Below, in pieces: positions 58,100-64,000 of a stretch of DNA of 64,000 nucleotides (positions are counted from its first letter, which is position 1; every line of letters starts with the position of its first letter). Location: positions 62,001-126,000 of the forward strand of contig QPGO01000007.1 in assembly GCA_008632985.1 (NCBI GenBank), read 5' to 3'. Source of the stretch: Psammoneis japonica (lineage: Eukaryota). A model generated the notes under the pieces. That model was given only the letters and a program-made list of their open reading frames with translations, was not told the DNA's origin and ran no database searches. The position numbers and the translations under genes are program-made.

Positions 58100-61000
58100 A
58101 AAGCCCGTAGCGCTAGCTGTAACTGGTCATGGGTGACAAAGCAGAAAATCTGCACAAGTTGCTTGGCCCAATTCTTCTGCAAACAGGCAAAGACATTTTC
58201 CTTTCCCATCGTCATTCTCGATGCAGCCTTGGGAGGTGGATCATCCATCTGCTTCGTCTCACAAAGAGGCTGACGTCGCACCAATTTCCTGTCGTTACTG
58301 TCCACATATGGGTTTGAGATTTGATTGATTTCGTGGACTTATCATCGATGAAGCAAGAAAATTCAGGCTCAAGCGCACCAAAGACAGTTGACACTTCCAG
58401 CGTGAGTTTCAACCAAACGAACTCAATTTCCTTCTTGTCCGAAGCATCACATTCCGAAACTTCTTCGACAAGTTGTCAATGGAAGCCACTGGGCTGGCAT
58501 GATTGCATGGGTCGTTGCCGCAGTTCTCCACCCCCAACAACCAAGCAACAACGGTGCCAAAGCACATCATCTGTGAAACCTGTGCACACAACTGCCAAGG
58601 CAAAATGATTGCCATCAAACCTCAACTCCGATGCAAACCATGTGTGGTGCACATGATGAGCATGTGTGTGTCAAAGAACATGACTTGCACAAAGGAGTGA
58701 AAAGCAACATTGTCAGAAAGTCACAGCTGCTTTCATTTGTTTGTGCGACAACATTTAACACACCAGACTTTAATGGAGGTCTGTTGAAAGCTGTTGCTTT
58801 TAACACAAAAACATTCAACATTTTTGGCTTTCAATGGAAAACTGAAGTTGCATCTTTCAACAGATGCTTGCATCCTCTCTGTGGTCAGCTGTGCATTGAC
58901 ACACGGGACAATGGCATCACAATTTCATCATCATGCCCAGCAATGTGCATGATTTCTTGTGTGAAAAAGCAAGGTTGGTGATCATTGTTTAGAGCTCGGT
59001 GACGATGCCCCACTTTCCACAACTTGCCAGAGCTTGACCTTGGTCTTGGCAAGAACTTTCAATGCTCGCCACATCAAAAACTTTGCTTGCCTCTCTGGGG
59101 TGCTTTGACATGATGTTGACAACAACCAGTGGCCCTGCTTTGATTGAGAGGTGGGTTTTTTGCAATGCCCAGTCATTGTCAACAAAGCACAGCAGTGTTG
59201 CGCGCACGCTGCTTTTGTCATTTTCACTCTTTAACATTGTTCATCTTTCCACAAGAATCTGTTGAAAATCTCATCTTTCAACAGAAATCTGTTGAAAGTT
59301 GCAGCTGTCAAAATGTGCTGGCTTTTCACAGGAGGTTGGCTTTCAATGTCTGTGAAACAGCCATTGAAGCATGGCCATGCACTGCACACATTAACCTGCT
59401 TGCTTGAGACCCAGAAAAAGAAGGTCAATGAGGTGTTGCATGTGATGCACAAGTGTGCAAAAAGAGCATTGTTGACAAAACTTGGGCTGCAATGTCTTTT
59501 CAAATTTGGCGCACAAGCAACCACGTGCACAATGATTGTCTCCTGTCTCCAGCACTGCTTCAATGGGTGGCCCTGTTTGCAATGACTCCCAAATTTTTCC
59601 AGCACAACAGATCCAAAGAAGAGCTCCAGAGCCTCAATGTGCAGTTGTGGCAGGCAACCTCAGGAAGAAAAAATGATGCTGTCAGTGCCAATGAGTCATT
59701 GAGCAAACAACTGGACTGCGGATTGCTTTGATGCTTGTCTGCTGCTGCACTGCAGCCCATTCTTGCCAGCTCAATGCCCAGCAATGTGCGTTCTGCCCAG
59801 CTGCCATTTGCTTCAAGAGCTTCAGCATTTGAATTTGAAGCACTTGAGTTGTTGGAGATGAAGAAGCACTTGCGTTGGAGATGAAGGAAAACATTTTGTG
59901 ATGAGTGCACTGTGCCAGTTGAGAAGCTTGAGTGCTCAACATTGTTGCTCCAGGAAGGCAGACAGGCTGGCCCATTGGACAACACCTTGACACCCCACAC
60001 TCATTTCAAAGCACTTTTTCATGTCCAATTGTCTGAGTGATGCGCAGCACATTTTTCACAAGACTCCCCCCCTGCCATGCTCTGCAGCAGATGCGCAGGT
60101 CCACCATCTCCATGTCAAGCACTGGTGGTCATTTGCTTTTCTTGTGTTCAGCCTGGGACTCTTTGTTCACTTTTGAGCTCCAGAAAGCTGATCCTGCATG
60201 TTCTTTGAACACTTGAATTGCTTTTGCTTGACTTTGGCAAACAGAGCTCTGGCACATTTCAACAGAAGCACAGCAAGTTGTGTGCATCACACTCCATGTG
60301 CACCCCATGAAAAAAGTCAATCTGACACACAGCATCAGCAGGCTGCAGCAGTGCTCCTTGCACAGTTTTTTGGGACCCTTTTTTCAGCTGGCAACTGCCC
60401 TGGCTGCAAAGCTCAAAAATTGCATGATTGAGTGCTTTGCTGCCTTTGCAACAAAGGTGGGCTGGATTGTAGAAAATGACAATTTGCATGGCAAGGTGCT
60501 GCATCAAAGGCCACAGGCAAAAGGGCATCTTTCATGATGTGTTCCAGGGAAGGGGGCTCAAAATGCCCAATCCACTGAGTCCACCAGCAGGAGGTCCAGG
60601 TTGACATTGTTCCACTGAAGGTGATCTGATGTTCCAAAATGCTGCAAGTGGTTGGAAGACCCCCTGTCACCCAAATTTTCCATTTGTTTGTTCCAAGCAT
60701 GAAATGCCACACCAGTTTCTTTGGCAGCAGGGCTGCCACTCTTGATGGTGGTGAGATGTGAGATTCTCATTGACCAGGGCAAAGATGCTGGTTGTTGTTT
60801 TGTGCACACTTTGCCCCAGTTGTCCTGCAAGGAGAAAACTCATCTGCGCAAGAATGAGCAGCAGCAAGGTTTCTCATGGACCTGCTGTGATGGTGCTGAG
60901 TGATGATGCAACATGTGTTGCTCATCTTTTGTCTTTTGCTTGCATGGCCAGCTGCCATGTGCCCATCATCATTCAGCTCTTTTGGCTGGTCCTTTGAGTT

Positions 61001-64000
61001 GGAAATGACCCTTCTTGAGCACCCTGGCTGGGGCCACCACTGGACAGCGCAAGGGAGAACTTGGTGGTTGATGTGAAGAGTCTTGTTCCTGGCCAGCACA
61101 TGAAGTGCAAAAGACCCAGCAATGCCAGCAAGAAGCAAGAAGCAAGAAGGCAAGACAAAAATCCACTGGCACTCCTGTCATTGCCCAACAATGCCTGCTG
61201 TCACAGCACAGGATCAAGCAATGGCAAAAGTGCTGATGTCAAGTTGCCAGAATTTTCATTCTTTAGAAGAGTCAGAAGGCAGCAGTGCCACAGAATCCTC
61301 AGAGAGTGAGCACCACACATGTGACAGGCCACTTTCACAGCTCAGAAACTTGGATTAAAACTCAAATCTGTGCCAGCATCTGCACTGATGAACAGAATCT
61401 TGATTTCACTTCTGCTCCAGCAATGACCAAGTCACACCAGGAGGACAAATTGGTCAGAGCATTTGCTCCATCAGCCCCAAGTAAAACAAACTGTGTTCAT
61501 GGTGAACAGGGTGTGCACTGCTCTTGCATTTTCTGCACAAGGGTTGCTTCTGGCACCCCCATGTCAGCAACAAAGAGCATCATGGTTTGACCATGTCATG
61601 GCAATGCAGTGCAAATGTCATGAAATTTTTGTGTGTCTGTTGTTTCGCTTGATTTGGCAACACATGTGATGGTGTCATCACACACCATGGACACAACCAC
61701 CACATCCCATGTGGCGGCAAAGGGGTGGGAAAAGATGCACGATCAAATGACAAACAGGTCACACTTCTGCAGAAAACACAGCCAACTGCTGCACAATTGC
61801 CCTTGTCAGCTTTGGCTGGTGCAGCACTCCTTTTGCTCCTTTGTCTGAGAATTCAGAAATGACTCTTGAGCTCCAGCATGTGATGAGAACTTGCATGGAT
61901 TGATGCTGCATTGCGCAAACTCAACATTCTGTGCCACCACCACATCCACCACTGTCATTTCTCATTGCTGATGTTGGGTGCCATTCAAAACTGAAAATCA
62001 GCAACTCCTCTTCACCACTTGTCTTCTTGTTTGTTGTTGTTGCTCCCTTTTTTGTGTGGGGGCAGAATGAAGCCCACTTCTTGACAGCGGTGTTCTGAGA
62101 AAGAAAAATTCCTCAGCAGCTGGCAAGCAAGATGACATGTGTGCAGAACAGCTGTTGTGAGCAAGGCTCAAATCAGTGACTGCAAAAAAAGCAATTTGTG
62201 GATGTGAGGCAGCTGCATTTGTTGTTGATGCTCTCACATCATGGCTGCAGTTTGTGAGCACTTGTTGCAAAGTTGTTGATGCTCAGCTGTGCCTCAACAA
62301 CACATTTGGCAGGTGGTTTGTGTGCTCATGAAGACAGACAGTGCACTCAGCAAAGGGCCTCAGTTGTTGGTGAGACACACATCATCTCATCAGCCAACCT
62401 CTTGAAAGAGTGCATGGAGCTTCAATCTGGTCATTTGCATTTAATGTCATGTGCTCGGAGTGGGGCCAAAGCCAAACTTGGCAAAGCATTGAGTGTCTCA
62501 CTCCACTCTGCACACTTGCTTCATTTGACACTCTCTCAAGCATGTGATCTTGGATTGACCCAGAGGCTCAGTGGGCTGGGCTGCATCTTTGTGCATGCAG
62601 GACCCAAGAATGAGAAAGACAAAGCACCCATCTTTTTGTTGTTGGGCCCCCAATGTTGCCATGGGTGCTTTCTTCTTTTGGTTGCAGAGCTTCTGTGCAA
62701 TCTTTTCTTCCACCACCTCTGCTTTTGTGGAAATGTTTGGGGCAGCAGCGGCACACCAGTGCAGGTCATGACCATGCAGTGGCTCAAGGGTGGCACTCAG
62801 TGAGGTGTGGCTTTTTGAAGGAAAAGCTTGGTGGTGAAAAAAGAGCCCAAAAGAAAGAGTGCCAGAGTCTCAGTGCTCAGTTTGCAGGTGAGCCCAGAAA
62901 ACAGAAATGCCACCACTGGTGCCAACAAGTCATTGGGTCAGTGCCTCAACTGGGGGTTGCTCTCCAACAATGTGCTGTCCCAGTGGCCCACTTCTGCTTG
63001 CACCAAGCAAGCTGCTTTTCCCACCTGACAGCTGCTGCTTGCTCTCCAAAAGCACCAGCCCTTCTTGGGTTGGAGACAGATGAGGGGTTGAAGGGAAAAA
63101 TGCTGTGGTGTGCATCCATGTGGCACCGTCCACTTGTCACCACTCACAGAGTTGTTGGGCCAAAGCAAATCCAGTGGCTGCCATTTTTGGATTTGCTGCC
63201 AGTGTTCCAACACCAGCTGTCCACAAGCATTGTCAGTGCTTGAGAAGTCAAATGCTCAAATCATGTGCAACTCTGGGAAGTGGGACAGACTGAGAGACCC
63301 AGTGGCGGGCAATGGCACAATGCCCTCAACATTCTGTGCCTGTTTCAAAGCACTTTTCCATGTCCAATTGACCAAACAAGGCAAAGTGCATTTGTTGCAA
63401 GACTTCTCACCTGTGCTCCACAGCAGCTTCACAGGTCATCCAGCAGAGCCACCAGCTCCATCATTGAGCACCTGAAAGAGCCAAATGACAAGTGCTTGCA
63501 TTGCTTGTTGCTTGTGCATCATGTGCCTTTGAGTCAAGGGTGTTCTGTCCCACACCTGGCACAGTTTGCTCTGCCTGGAAGAGACCAGCCATGACAGAGA
63601 CACACTGCACATGACCTGCACTGAGCAGAAATTTCTCTGCACAATGTCAGTCAGTGCATTTGACAAAAAGGAGAAACAGGTCACAGTGGGTGTGTCAGCA
63701 AAGATGAGATCACAAAGGAGCTGGGTAATCACCAGAGGCATCTGCAAAAGTCTGTGAGTGGCAGCAATGCCAACTCAGCATGTGGGTGAAACTCAAAGGC
63801 CTGGTTCAAAGCCATGATGTGGCCCTGCATGACCTCTCCAAACTCAGTCAAAGAAAAAGAAGAAGACAGCCTGCTGGCATTTGTTCAGTGTTTCCTTGGG
63901 TGTGGATCTCATGGACACTTCCATTGGGAAAAGGGAGAAACAAATCAACCATGAAAAGACAGAACTCACCAACATGCTTTTGGTTTGATTCAGTGCACAA
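58100..64000. other. Heavily degraded, probably repeat-derived tract, nearly devoid of TpA and strongly CpG-depleted; family not identifiable
   Basis: About a dozen TA and roughly 25-30 CG dinucleotides (by eye) in 58.6-64 kb; large TG/CA excess; only short Cys/His-rich, Tyr-poor ORFs. Confidence 0.75.

Noticed and set aside
58100..64000. Short Cys/His-rich ORFs as zinc-finger or metal-binding genes
   Set aside because: The Cys/His excess follows directly from TG/CA enrichment, and there are no coherent ORFs.

Overview
Eukaryotic genomic DNA, very probably from a diatom (stramenopile). Evidence: spliceosomal introns, CoDi-type copia elements, paired GT10 genes and a diatom-style formin. Layout: (1) 1-19 kb is a nested transposon cluster: a PIF/Harbinger relic, then a 5'-truncated CRE-like RLE non-LTR retrotransposon split into three pieces by two independent full-length Ty1/copia insertions. 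(2) 19.5-57.2 kb holds about 17 host genes, one interrupted by a full-length Ty3/gypsy element. (3) 58-64 kb is a heavily degraded tract. The main signal is a repeat-targeted, dinucleotide-specific hypermutation that converts TpA to TpG or CpA (A:T->G:C), opposite in direction to fungal RIP. It is visible in LTR-LTR comparisons (8 of 8 gypsy differences; 15 of 17 variable copia LTR sites), in one mismatched TSD, in Tyr->Cys/His swaps in conserved TE motifs, and in the near-total loss of TpA at 58.6-64 kb. Intact host genes appear spared. All counts were made by eye.
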